DNA of 20,000 bases from an uncultured virus (IMG/VR IMGVR_UViG_3300037044_000254) (lineage: Duplodnaviria; Heunggongvirae; Uroviricota; Caudoviricetes). Below are positions 7,226 through 15,283 of this stretch, one piece after another. Numbering within the stretch: position 1 is the stretch's first letter; the number at the start of each line of letters is the position of its first letter. The stretch lies in IMG/VR virus record IMGVR_UViG_3300037044_000254; one strand, 5' to 3'. Both the position numbers and the translations under genes were made by a program. The notes under the pieces were generated by a model. The model was not told the origin of the DNA, ran no database searches, and saw only the letters and a list, made by a program, of their open reading frames with translations.

Positions 7226-8152
7226 CTAAACAACATGTAGCGCCATATCGAACTCTTTATAAATCAACCCTTCCGAACTTGGCATCATGCACAGGTACTC
7301 CGAGAGCCATGTTTGTTTTGATACCTGCCGCTTTTTGGAAATTGCATCATCGATCCGATAGTACCCGTCGGCATGGCGAGCCCGGCCCTGGCATTCATCC
7401 CACAGGTCGCAAGTCTCGCAATCTCGGCCATCGCACCGCTCCAGCACGTCAAGGATGCACCACTTGTAAAGCTGGTAGCCCCGGGCCGGGGCCTCTTCCA
7501 CGACCGACTGCATGAGGCCATAGGTCTTGTGCATGGTGGAGTAGATATGCGTGCTGGCCCGGTGCCCCCGCTTACTCATGGGGATGGACAAGGCGGCCTC
7601 GTAAATCCGGGGGTCCATCTCATCAATCTCATCCAATTTAAGTTTCTGCGGGTGCGCCCCGCGAACGCTCTTAGATGAGGCCGTGAGAATCTGGATGTTC
7701 GACAGGTTGCCCAGGACCGTTCGTTGTGCCAGCATGTCGCCGCGCAGCAGGTATCGGAAATCCTCGGTCACCATGCCCCAGCCGTCCCCCTCGCCGGTCA
7801 AGTGTTCGTACATGCGCTTGCTCTGTTCCAGAGACCCGCCTAACACCTTGGTGGCACACCCGGTCTTAAACACGGTATCCAGCCAGGTAGCCAGGGCGCC
7901 CAGGAGGGTTTTGCCACCGCCGCGGTTGGCCCAGCAGACCGAGTCCTGGACCACCTCAAAGAAGCTGTCCACGATGTACTCGGCCGGCGGGGTATGTTCG
8001 GGGCAGACCTGGGCTCGGGGAACGCGTAACTTCCAGAAGGAGTCGATAAATTTCAGCAGTTCCTCGGCGCCATCGAATCCTTCGCACCGGTAATGTTCCA
8101 GGAGGCCGCGCTTCATGTCTCCCGGGTCAATGTCGGCCAATTGGAGGTTCAT
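7226..8152 (-). CDS. Terminase large subunit, ATPase domain only
   Basis: Walker A ANRGGGKT, 'VRG...LKLDEIDEM' Walker B, 'YST' motif III, 'W.SEYLC...EGLIYKEFD..HVV' lid/linker, then stop. Confidence 0.85.
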   Translation of the reverse strand: MNLQLADIDPGDMKRGLLEHYRCEGFDGAEELLKFIDSFWKLRVPRAQVCPEHTPPAEYIVDSFFEVVQDSVCWANRGGGKTLLGALATWLDTVFKTGCATKVLGGSLEQSKRMYEHLTGEGDGWGMVTEDFRYLLRGDMLAQRTVLGNLSNIQILTASSKSVRGAHPQKLKLDEIDEMDPRIYEAALSIPMSKRGHRASTHIYSTMHKTYGLMQSVVEEAPARGYQLYKWCILDVLERCDGRDCETCDLWDECQGRARHADGYYRIDDAISKKRQVSKQTWLSEYLCMMPSSEGLIYKEFDMALHVV

Positions 8153-8370
8153 AAGGCCCCGCCGCCATGCACCCAGTATGCCAAAGCTCGCAAATGAGAC
8201 AAAAAGGGGGTACGGTTACACGCGCCACCTATGGGTAAAATACGGGCGATTCGTGAGGCAAGGTAATTGGTGAGGTGGGTTCGTGTTCGTTGAAATACAG
8301 ACGTTAGGCGACCCCGGGAAGCGTTGATATGGTAAGGGTTTACCGATTTAGGGGCATTGTGGAGAATATT

Positions 8371-8441
8371 AGTGGGGAAAGTGGGTTCTATAGCCCTCAA
8401 AGTGGGGAATAGGGTTCCTATATAGGGGGCAAGTGGGGATA
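8371..8441. repeat. Imperfect ~30-bp tandem repeats (AGTGGGGA x3) with CTATAG / CCTATATAGG palindromes
   Basis: AGTGGGGA at 8371, 8401 and 8432; perfect palindrome at 8417-8426. Confidence 0.6.
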
Positions 8442-8495
8442 GCACGTTTTTATTAAAATTGTCGTCCATTTTTGTAAGTTTAATAAAATTCATGT

Positions 8496-8990
8496 CTAGT
8501 CTTTTTTTTCGCCATAATCATTGATCAATTTCACGAGGTCGAGAACAGCTTCTCTTATAGACTTCTCTTTATATGGTATGTCTATGATCTTAAGCTGGTC
8601 TGCGACCTTTTCGATGAGACCGGCTCCCTGCATGAATTTGATATACTTTTCCTTCAGGGCGATAATGTTCCTCATGCAGGCCACTTTCACAAAAGGGTTG
8701 GTGGCCGTTCGATAGGCTCTCCATTCCATCCGGAGCGCCTGCTCGTAACTCCTGATTTCACGCCCCAGGACTTCCGCCTGATCCACCGCTTTGGAGAGGG
8801 CCCGGTCGAAGGCTTTACCGTCCTCTTTGTCACGTCGCACCTGTCGTTCTGAAATCCCGTAAAATTCTGAAATTTCGGACACTTTCAAGCCGCTATCGAA
8901 GAGGTCCTGGATCTCCCGGATGCGCTGCTGCCGGCGCCTCGAAATGGGCGGAATTTCCTTCGGGGCGTTGGGGGTTTCGGACAGTGTCAT
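8496..8990 (-). CDS. Putative terminase small subunit (N-terminal HTH plus helical oligomerisation region)
   Basis: 'GLKVSEISEFYGISERQVRRD' HTH; lies between terminase-domain genes; ATGA-coupled to the upstream gene. Confidence 0.6.
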   Translation of the reverse strand: MTLSETPNAPKEIPPISRRRQQRIREIQDLFDSGLKVSEISEFYGISERQVRRDKEDGKAFDRALSKAVDQAEVLGREIRSYEQALRMEWRAYRTATNPFVKVACMRNIIALKEKYIKFMQGAGLIEKVADQLKIIDIPYKEKSIREAVLDLVKLINDYGEKKD

Positions 8991-9496
8991 CGTCCGCCTT
9001 GCCAGCCGGCATAGAAATATCGGAGACCATCCGGCCCGTGGTGCGCCCCTTTCCCGGGCTCATGCTTCTCGTACTGACTCATCTCCACCAGCATCTCCCG
9101 GGGACAGTTCCGGGAGAAGACCAGGCCACTCGATCCCTTAGTGCTCCTGGAATACTGAAGCCACCTCTTGACCGTTTCATGGCCCCAATGCACCGATTGG
9201 CGAGGACCCAGGATGTCCACGCCGAAGGCCAGGGAATAAGCCCGGAGCATATCCGGGGCCGATGGATCCCCCCAGCCTCCCGTGAGTTGGCCGTAACCCC
9301 GGGCCTTATGAATCTCCAGGGCTATCTTTGCGTTCTCGTCCGGGGTCCTGAGCACCTGGTAGTGGGCAAAGAGCACGATCACCCGCTCCATCTTCCGGTC
9401 CGGCTGGATCCAAAGAGTGACGTTTGGGTTGCGGAAGCCCTTGTCGATCCCCAGAAAGAGGTCGCAGTCGGGGGCGTAGTAGGGGTCAGGGGTCAT
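8987..9496 (-). CDS. Stand-alone terminase RNase H-like nuclease domain, acidic triad intact
   Basis: 'FLGIDKGFRNP', 'WGDPSAPD', 'HHGPDGLRYF'; likely ATG 9496 coupled to the upstream stop. Confidence 0.75.
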   Translation of the reverse strand: MTPDPYYAPDCDLFLGIDKGFRNPNVTLWIQPDRKMERVIVLFAHYQVLRTPDENAKIALEIHKARGYGQLTGGWGDPSAPDMLRAYSLAFGVDILGPRQSVHWGHETVKRWLQYSRSTKGSSGLVFSRNCPREMLVEMSQYEKHEPGKGAHHGPDGLRYFYAGWQGGR

Positions 9497-9801
9497 CGGA
9501 GCGCCCGCCCACAAGCACGACACCTATCCGGTGCTTGTTTTAGACCATGTTGTTTTAATAATTTTTTAATCTCGGCTAATGTTTTTTTGCCACAGTTTTT
9601 CATTTTCAATAATTCCTGGCCTGACATGTTGGCTAAATCGGAAAGCGTTAAGGTCCCTCCATCTTTATTTGGGGATAGGGTGGCCTTGTCATAGAGCATT
9701 CGTCTCAAACAGCCGCTGGCTCTAGTGGAAAGGGAGTTGATTTCTTTAAATACTCTAAAAAAATGGCCGTCGAGGGCTCTTATGGTAATTTCATCGCTCA
9801 T
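9493..9801 (-). CDS. Stand-alone RNA polymerase alpha C-terminal domain-like protein
   Basis: 'LSTRASGCL...TLSDLANMSGQELLKMKNCGKKTLAEIKKLL' matches the RpoA CTD pattern. Confidence 0.8.
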   Translation of the reverse strand: MSDEITIRALDGHFFRVFKEINSLSTRASGCLRRMLYDKATLSPNKDGGTLTLSDLANMSGQELLKMKNCGKKTLAEIKKLLKQHGLKQAPDRCRACGRALR

Positions 9802-10181
9802 TTCTTCATATCCCCCGGCTTGATCCCGAACTGGTTAAGGAGCTGTCCTGCCGCCTCTTTCTTCAGGACGCTGTCGGCCAAATGACTCAATGAACCGTCC
9901 GGCAAGATGACCCCGTTGCCCCTCAAAACTTTCCAGCCCTCCATGACTTGACAGATGTCCACCTGCGCCAGTTCCGCCCACCCCTGGAAATCTATCCTGG
10001 TTTTCTGCCAGAGGGCCTCCAGGTCCACCTCCTGGCCTGGGGGCGGAGAGTCCGGGAGCTGTCGCTCCACCTTGGGCCAGGCTGCGGCCATGGACATCAA
10101 GATGGGGTCCCGGACCATGAGGGCCACCCCCTGGTAATTCTCGGCGGCCCGGTGGATTAGGAGGGCATCATCCCGCCTCAT
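9798..10181 (-). CDS. Hypothetical protein (127 aa)
   Basis: ATGA-coupled on both sides. Confidence 0.75.
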   Translation of the reverse strand: MRRDDALLIHRAAENYQGVALMVRDPILMSMAAAWPKVERQLPDSPPPGQEVDLEALWQKTRIDFQGWAELAQVDICQVMEGWKVLRGNGVILPDGSLSHLADSVLKKEAAGQLLNQFGIKPGDMKK

Positions 10182-10951
10182 GCTGCCTGCTCCGGACCCT
10201 TTGCCTCTTCCACCGTCATCATTTGCTCCAGGCCGATCCTGGCCAGTTCCAGGAGTTTCAGGAAAGCCGCGGCGCTATTCTTGATCACGCACTTCTTCTT
10301 GATCTTGACCACCAGGTCGAAGAAGGCGTCATAGGTGTCCAGGTTTGCCAGGTAAACCGCGTCCGCGGAGAAGGCCACCGCCGTTTCCTTGAGGAGTTCG
10401 TCTAGGCTCTGGATCTCCTCAGGTAAGAACATGAAGTTGGCCAGCTTATATTGGAGGCGCTGCTCGGAAATGGCCGAAAATTGGATTCCTTCCAGGGCTT
10501 TGACGGTATCTGAATCCAGCCCGGCGTAGAGTTTGGCCTGAACGTTGCCAATGCTCTCCCATAACTCCTTCAGGATCACCAGGTCGTCCTGGCCGGCGAT
10601 GGCGTTGTGGGAGAGCTGGATCCCCAGCTTCTCGTCCGCCGTCTTCTCATCGGCTACCACCATAACCAGAAGCTGTTCTACCCCGGCCTGTCGGGCCGCC
10701 ATGGTGCGATGGTTTCCGGAGAGGACCAAGAGCTTGCCGCACTCCTCCCGGTAGCAGAGGGGCAGGGAGGAAAGGTTGCCATCCTTACGCACGTTCTCCA
10801 CCAGGGACTGAAATTGCTCGGCCTTCATATAGCGGGCGTTCTTGTCCAGGAGCTTCAGCTCTCCCGGGTCCACCAGCTCCAGCCGGTAGGGGAACAGGCC
10901 GGCCAGCTTCTCGTTAAGGAGCTTTAGGATTTCTGATATTTCTTCAGCCAT
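10178..10951 (-). CDS. ParB/Srx N-terminal domain protein
   Basis: 'KNARYM..EQFQSLVENVRKDG...VLSGNHRTMAA' ParB-like motif. Confidence 0.85.
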   Translation of the reverse strand: MAEEISEILKLLNEKLAGLFPYRLELVDPGELKLLDKNARYMKAEQFQSLVENVRKDGNLSSLPLCYREECGKLLVLSGNHRTMAARQAGVEQLLVMVVADEKTADEKLGIQLSHNAIAGQDDLVILKELWESIGNVQAKLYAGLDSDTVKALEGIQFSAISEQRLQYKLANFMFLPEEIQSLDELLKETAVAFSADAVYLANLDTYDAFFDLVVKIKKKCVIKNSAAAFLKLLELARIGLEQMMTVEEAKGPEQAA

Positions 10952-12222
10952 AACGGGATGACCTCCTCCAACCCTCTAATTCCCAGGTCGGTTTCATAGA
11001 CCAGCTTCCCGGGATCTCGCCGGGCCAGTTTAAAAAGCCCCCGGTATTTCATGGATACCGGCTTGTCGGTAAAAACCATCGTCCTGCAGGTGGGAAGCTC
11101 GTCAAGGAGATGCTCCTCCATCATCCGCCTGATCTCCTTGCTCTGAATCACCAGGAGGAGGAGTTTCGCCAGCCTCGAGTACCGGGTCGAATCTACGACG
11201 AAATCCGCCAAGAGATAGACATCGCCTCTCCCCTGCATCCGGGCAAAGATCAGGAAGCCGAAGACCTTCCCATCCACAGCCACCGCAAAGGGAGCTTCTC
11301 CATCGGCTGGGATCCCCACACCTTTGGAAAGGTAAACGTCCCGGAAATAATTGACGATGGCGTTGGTGGTGGGTGCTATGGTGAGCTTGGAGCCCGGGGT
11401 AATCTCGTCCTGGTCCGACAGACGGGCAAAGGGCACGAACTGGGACCGCCGCTGCTGTTTCAGGACCGCCAGCCGCAGGGCAGCCATGTTGGAATAGATG
11501 TAGACTGGCTTCATCCTGGCCTTGCGTACCACGGCCACCATGGGCAGGCCCGGGTACTGCCGGTCATCCAGATAAAGGTAGTCACGCTCCATCATCTTCA
11601 TAATGGTGCGTTTCTTCCTGTCCTCGTCGATCATCTCGTAGTTGGGCTCGTCCCATGCGAAGATCTCACCCAGGCGCTTGAACATCCGCTCATAGCCGCC
11701 GGCGTAGGTGGGCAGAAAGGCGATGACCACCCCGTCTTTCGGGATCTCGTCCAGTAGATCGAAAATATCCTTACTGGTGTAGCCTTCCAGCCGGACCCCC
11801 TGCTTCCGCTCCCGGAGCTTCTCGACCGTGGATTGGTGAAACTGGGAGAAGTTTTTGCAGTAGTGGGCCCAATGGCGGGCCTTGAAGATGTTATTCGCCT
11901 TCTCGTATTTCAGGGCCTCCAGGAGGACCATCACGGTGGCGGCTTTGCCTTCCCCGTCCTCCATGAAGGCTTCGAGCCATTGATAATCTTCTTCCCGGAC
12001 AGTGAGGTTAAAGGGCTGGTCGGCCAGATAGGCCCCCAGGGCGCCGGAGTAAAGAGAAACGTCGTTGCCCCAGATCCGGGCCTTGGGAGCGTAACGGGAA
12101 ATGAGTTGCTCCACCGTGAAGTTGCCGGAGCAGCCCACGTACACCTGCCGGCCGTCAAAGGCGGGGCCGTTATTCCCCAACCATTTTCGGGTTTCAGCGT
12201 TTATGGAACCGATGAAGGCCAT
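10924..12222 (-). CDS. Putative DNA-modification enzyme: divergent adenine MTase-like N-domain plus GNAT/Mom-like C-domain
   Basis: 'VYVGCSGNFT' (motif I-like), 'GNDVS', 'AFLPTY' (DPPY-like position); C-terminal 'AVAVDGKVFGFLIF...RLAKLLL'; paired with ParB. Confidence 0.55.
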   Translation of the reverse strand: MAFIGSINAETRKWLGNNGPAFDGRQVYVGCSGNFTVEQLISRYAPKARIWGNDVSLYSGALGAYLADQPFNLTVREEDYQWLEAFMEDGEGKAATVMVLLEALKYEKANNIFKARHWAHYCKNFSQFHQSTVEKLRERKQGVRLEGYTSKDIFDLLDEIPKDGVVIAFLPTYAGGYERMFKRLGEIFAWDEPNYEMIDEDRKKRTIMKMMERDYLYLDDRQYPGLPMVAVVRKARMKPVYIYSNMAALRLAVLKQQRRSQFVPFARLSDQDEITPGSKLTIAPTTNAIVNYFRDVYLSKGVGIPADGEAPFAVAVDGKVFGFLIFARMQGRGDVYLLADFVVDSTRYSRLAKLLLLVIQSKEIRRMMEEHLLDELPTCRTMVFTDKPVSMKYRGLFKLARRDPGKLVYETDLGIRGLEEVIPLWLKKYQKS

Positions 12223-12232
12223 CTATCCTCTC

Positions 12233-12261
12233 TTGGAAAAGACCTTAAAATGCTTTATAAT
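12233..12261 (+). promoter_or_regulatory. Sigma70-like promoter of the TA operon
   Basis: TTGGAA-N17-TATAAT. Confidence 0.6.
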
Positions 12262-12285
12262 TGACGGCACAGGAGGACAGTTCCC

Positions 12286-12480
12286 ATGGGTAATACCGAA
12301 ATCTCCCAAAAGGCCGTCCCTTCAAAAGGAAAGCCGCAGAATGCTCAGGCCGCCGCCGGTCTCCTGTTGGTCTCCAACCTTGGCTGGAGCGCCGAAGAGG
12401 CGAAGGAAACGCGGGCCCGCCTGGGCGCCTTGGAAGAAGACTGGGACACCCCGGGCATGGAGGATTATGACCACCTATAA
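12286..12480 (+). CDS. Putative antitoxin
   Basis: AGGAGG RBS, acidic C-terminus EEDWDTPGMEDYD, overlaps the toxin start. Confidence 0.7.
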   Translation: MGNTEISQKAVPSKGKPQNAQAAAGLLLVSNLGWSAEEAKETRARLGALEEDWDTPGMEDYDHL

Positions 12481-12814
12481 ACGGGGGGACGTGATCCTCG
12501 TCAAATTCCCCTACTCGGACCTGGTCAGATATAAAAAGAGGCCGGCCCTGGTGGTCCAGGACGAGACCGTCGAAACCGGGTTGAGCCAGAGGGTCGTGGT
12601 TCAAATAACCTCCAACCTGGACCGCACCGGAGATACCCGGGTGCCGGTCAAGAAAAATAGTCCCGACGGCCAGGCCATGGGGATTCTCTCGGATTCCGTC
12701 ATCGTTGCCGATCATCTGGCCACTGTCCTCCCCAGGGAAATCGACAAAGTGATTGGCCGCTGCACCTGTATGCCAGAGGTTGAAACAGCCTTGAGACGGG
12801 TGCTCGGCCTCTGA
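12467..12814 (+). CDS. mazF: PemK/MazF-family endoribonuclease toxin
   Basis: 'RGDVILVKFPYSD...KKRPALVVQ...VVVQITS'; GGAGG RBS before ATG 12467. Confidence 0.92.
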   Translation: MTTYKRGDVILVKFPYSDLVRYKKRPALVVQDETVETGLSQRVVVQITSNLDRTGDTRVPVKKNSPDGQAMGILSDSVIVADHLATVLPREIDKVIGRCTCMPEVETALRRVLGL

Positions 12815-12892
12815 TTCTTCCTTTTCCACCAATCCTGATCTGGAGCGGGTCGGTTGAATCGAACAACCAGCACCACCTGGTCGATGATGCCC

Positions 12893-13282
12893 TCACCACG
12901 AGTCCCCGCCTTCATGTAAACTCCGAAGCCACTCAGCTTGGCGCTTATGGCTGGGCATAAACTCCTCGATGAGCACGCCGGTGTGCTTCCGCATCCAGGC
13001 GGCCACTACCCGGCGGTGACAGAACTTTCCGGGGGCCTCCCAGCAAAGCATGATGAAGTTGTCGCCGCCCAGATCAGTGATCACCCGCATAGGGTCGAGC
13101 CTGTCCAGGACCTCAGCTTTATAAAGCCGGGTGAAGGTTGTGGGGTCCATGATCTTAATGAGAGGCCGCGGCGGGGCCAGAATAGTGCATCGGGTGCCCC
13201 GCCAGCCCCGGGGCACCCCCAGGGAGATGGCCACCGCCTGGGGGAGATGGCCGGCGATTTTGAAATTCGAGGTTAGGATCAT
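12893..13282 (-). CDS. DUF488-family protein (copy 2)
   Basis: 'MLCWEAPGKFCHRRVVAAW'; ATGA-coupled to the radical SAM gene. Confidence 0.8.
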   Translation of the reverse strand: MILTSNFKIAGHLPQAVAISLGVPRGWRGTRCTILAPPRPLIKIMDPTTFTRLYKAEVLDRLDPMRVITDLGGDNFIMLCWEAPGKFCHRRVVAAWMRKHTGVLIEEFMPSHKRQAEWLRSLHEGGDSW

Positions 13283-14022
13283 GCAGCAGCCTCCAGTAAA
13301 TCCTTCTTCAGATAGTAGGGTTTCCCCAGCCTGGAAAGTCTCTCCTCCATCTCCCCCTTAAATTTCCGCCAGTCAATCTCCTTGGCCAGGGGGTGATAGT
13401 TGAGCTTTCCAACCTTGTAGAGGTCAACAAAATCTTGGGTGGCTTCCAGGAGCCGATAGACCGCCTCCGGGTCGATGACCGGCTCGAAGGAAACCCAAGT
13501 CTTTAAGCCGATCTTTTTTGCCAGATAGAGCGAATCAATCCGATCTTGAGGCAAGGCGGCGCCCGGTTCCCAGACACGGCTGATGTTCGGGACATCATGG
13601 GTTAAGGTGACGCTCCAGGCGTTGAGGGGGTTCAGGGTTAAAAGATCTCGGTCCCGCTCCAGCCCCCAGGCTCCCCCCTTGGTTAAAATGGTGACGGTGA
13701 GATCATTGGCCATCAGGATTTCCAGCGCCCGACGGGTTACCCGGGCTTCCTTTTCCAGGGGCTGGTAAGTGTCGCTGGTGAAGGACAGCAGGATCTCGCT
13801 CTTGTCTCTCGCCATTGAACGGGCCTGTTCTTCCAGGTCCTCCAGGACTCCCGGTCGGGGCTTGATATATGATGGATCATGAAACGTCGCCCGATCCGTG
13901 AATGTGGCCGTGGGGGCGAAACAGTAAAGGCAGCCATGGGCGCAACCCCGATAAAGGTTCAGGGCCAGGGGCGCATACTCCCCGGCCTTGCCCCGGGGCT
14001 CATAAATCACCGATCTTTTCAT
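13279..14022 (-). CDS. Radical SAM protein (SPL-like family)
   Basis: 'LNLYRGCAHGCLYCFA' CxxxCxxC, 'SDTYQPLE', 'ILTK', 'SFEP'; GAGGTG RBS before ATG 14022. Confidence 0.9.
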   Translation of the reverse strand: MKRSVIYEPRGKAGEYAPLALNLYRGCAHGCLYCFAPTATFTDRATFHDPSYIKPRPGVLEDLEEQARSMARDKSEILLSFTSDTYQPLEKEARVTRRALEILMANDLTVTILTKGGAWGLERDRDLLTLNPLNAWSVTLTHDVPNISRVWEPGAALPQDRIDSLYLAKKIGLKTWVSFEPVIDPEAVYRLLEATQDFVDLYKVGKLNYHPLAKEIDWRKFKGEMEERLSRLGKPYYLKKDLLEAAA

Positions 14023-14549
14023 AACCACCTCACCCTTGGTGTAACTTCGGTCGCCAACCCCAGGATCAGGAAATGCAGGGCGCCGATCCCGTAATTGTCC
14101 ATGTCCAGGGGTTTGTCCCGGAATGGCCGGCGGGGGTCCCGCTCCGGCATCCGGTATTTCATAAATTCGGGAATCGTCTTCGGACACTCCCGGGAAATGG
14201 TGATCCCGCCCGGGATGCCTTGCTTGTAGTTACCCAACCGCTTCCCCAGGAGGTTGCGGGCCAGGCCCAGTTCCTCAGGCGCCGCCACCGACCATAATCG
14301 CTGGCGCCGCATCCGCTTGATAAACTCCGGCTCCTTGGGGTCACAGTAAAACTTTCTGATATTTAGCTCCTGGGCCCAGGCCTTGGCGATGGGCAGGAGG
14401 TCGTCGAAGTAAAAACTCTCCTCATACAGTTCCCGGAAGATGTGGAGATGATCCTTGGGAGCCGGGGTATATTCGGCGGCTAACATGACGGTAGGATTAT
14501 CCATGCCCCACTTGACCCCGACGTAAACCCTGGGTTTAGGTTCTTCCAC
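14019..14549 (-). CDS. Second stand-alone terminase nuclease-like domain, catalytic Asp residues substituted
   Basis: 'VYVGVKWGMDNPT', 'HIFRELY', 'FYCDPKEP', 'ISRECPKTIPEFMKY', 'DMDNYGIGALHF'. Confidence 0.75.
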   Translation of the reverse strand: MEEPKPRVYVGVKWGMDNPTVMLAAEYTPAPKDHLHIFRELYEESFYFDDLLPIAKAWAQELNIRKFYCDPKEPEFIKRMRRQRLWSVAAPEELGLARNLLGKRLGNYKQGIPGGITISRECPKTIPEFMKYRMPERDPRRPFRDKPLDMDNYGIGALHFLILGLATEVTPRVRWL

Positions 14550-14550
14550 G

Positions 14551-14760
14551 TCACCCCTGCAAGCTCTGGTAATAATCCAGGTTGGTCAGCACCCACCGCC
14601 CGGTTTCATCCTTCTTGGCCGGAATTTTGCCTTCCCGGAGCAGTTTTTTGACCGTCTCCGGGTGCATCTCCAAAAACTTGGCTATGGCCTTGACCCCCCG
14701 GTAGAATTCTATCGGCACGGTGATGATCGGCTGAACGGCGCTGCCCTCGCCCTGCGGCAT
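14551..14760 (-). CDS. HTH_17 / excisionase-like DNA-binding protein
   Basis: 'VKAIAKFLEMHPETVKKLLREGKIPAKK..GRW'; likely ATG 14760. Confidence 0.8.
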   Translation of the reverse strand: MPQGEGSAVQPIITVPIEFYRGVKAIAKFLEMHPETVKKLLREGKIPAKKDETGRWVLTNLDYYQSLQG

Positions 14761-14761
14761 C

Positions 14762-15283
14762 TCAGGCTCCCTCAAAAAGGTTTTGGCGGTGGTTTGCCCT
14801 GCCAAATTCGGCAATAAGGAGCCCGTCGGCAACCCCGTTGTCTTTCAGATATTTCAGTTGCGCGGTTGGCCAGAGAGCCCGGGCTCTGGAAAGAGACATC
14901 TCGGCTTTGATCTTGTCGGCCCCTCCCCGCTTAAGCACCTTCAACTCCCCTGGCCTCAGGTTGAGGCCGAAATATTTCTTCCAGGTCCGGGGGTGAACGG
15001 GTTTTGCCGAAACCCCGGCGCCGCCACAAACCCCCTGCCAGAAGCCGTAATTTTCAATCATGGCGCTCCGGCTGAACATCTTTTCCATCGTGTCATCGCT
15101 CCGTACCTGGATCATTTCGATAGTCGCAATTTTTACCTGGCCAAGGTAGTGCCTCACCCGTTCCCAGGTTCCCCAGCGCCCACAATCCACCAGGGCGCCG
15201 CGGTAGTCCAAGATACCCCACCCCCCAGCCGTCACACCGGGGTCAATTCCCAGGAAGAGAATTGAGGGATCAGGAAACCTCAC
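14762..15283 (-). CDS. RuvC-like Holliday junction resolvase
   Basis: 'FLGIDPG..GGWG', 'ATIE', 'VHPRTWKK', 'DNGVADGLLIA'; GTG 15283 with GGAGG RBS. Confidence 0.85.
   Translation of the reverse strand: MRFPDPSILFLGIDPGVTAGGWGILDYRGALVDCGRWGTWERVRHYLGQVKIATIEMIQVRSDDTMEKMFSRSAMIENYGFWQGVCGGAGVSAKPVHPRTWKKYFGLNLRPGELKVLKRGGADKIKAEMSLSRARALWPTAQLKYLKDNGVADGLLIAEFGRANHRQNLFEGA

Noticed and set aside
7140..7226. Frameshifted continuation of TerL after the ATPase stop
   Set aside because: Downstream DNA is AT-rich with stops and shows no G.D.G nuclease motif
8149..8493. 114-aa minus-strand ORF between TerS and the ATPase gene
   Set aside because: Atypical composition, no recognisable motif, overlaps DNA repeats; not called as CDS, though its stop overlaps the ATPase start so it is not excluded
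9493..9801. Host rpoA gene
   Set aside because: Only the CTD is present; no ribosomal-protein operon context
12101..12466. N-terminal extension of the MazF ORF (237 aa in the track)
   Set aside because: Overlaps the MTase-like gene and antitoxin; the RBS supports ATG 12467
12234..12828. 8-bp inverted repeat TGGAAAAG/CTTTTCCA flanking the TA cassette
   Set aside because: Too short to distinguish from chance; no transposase or target duplication
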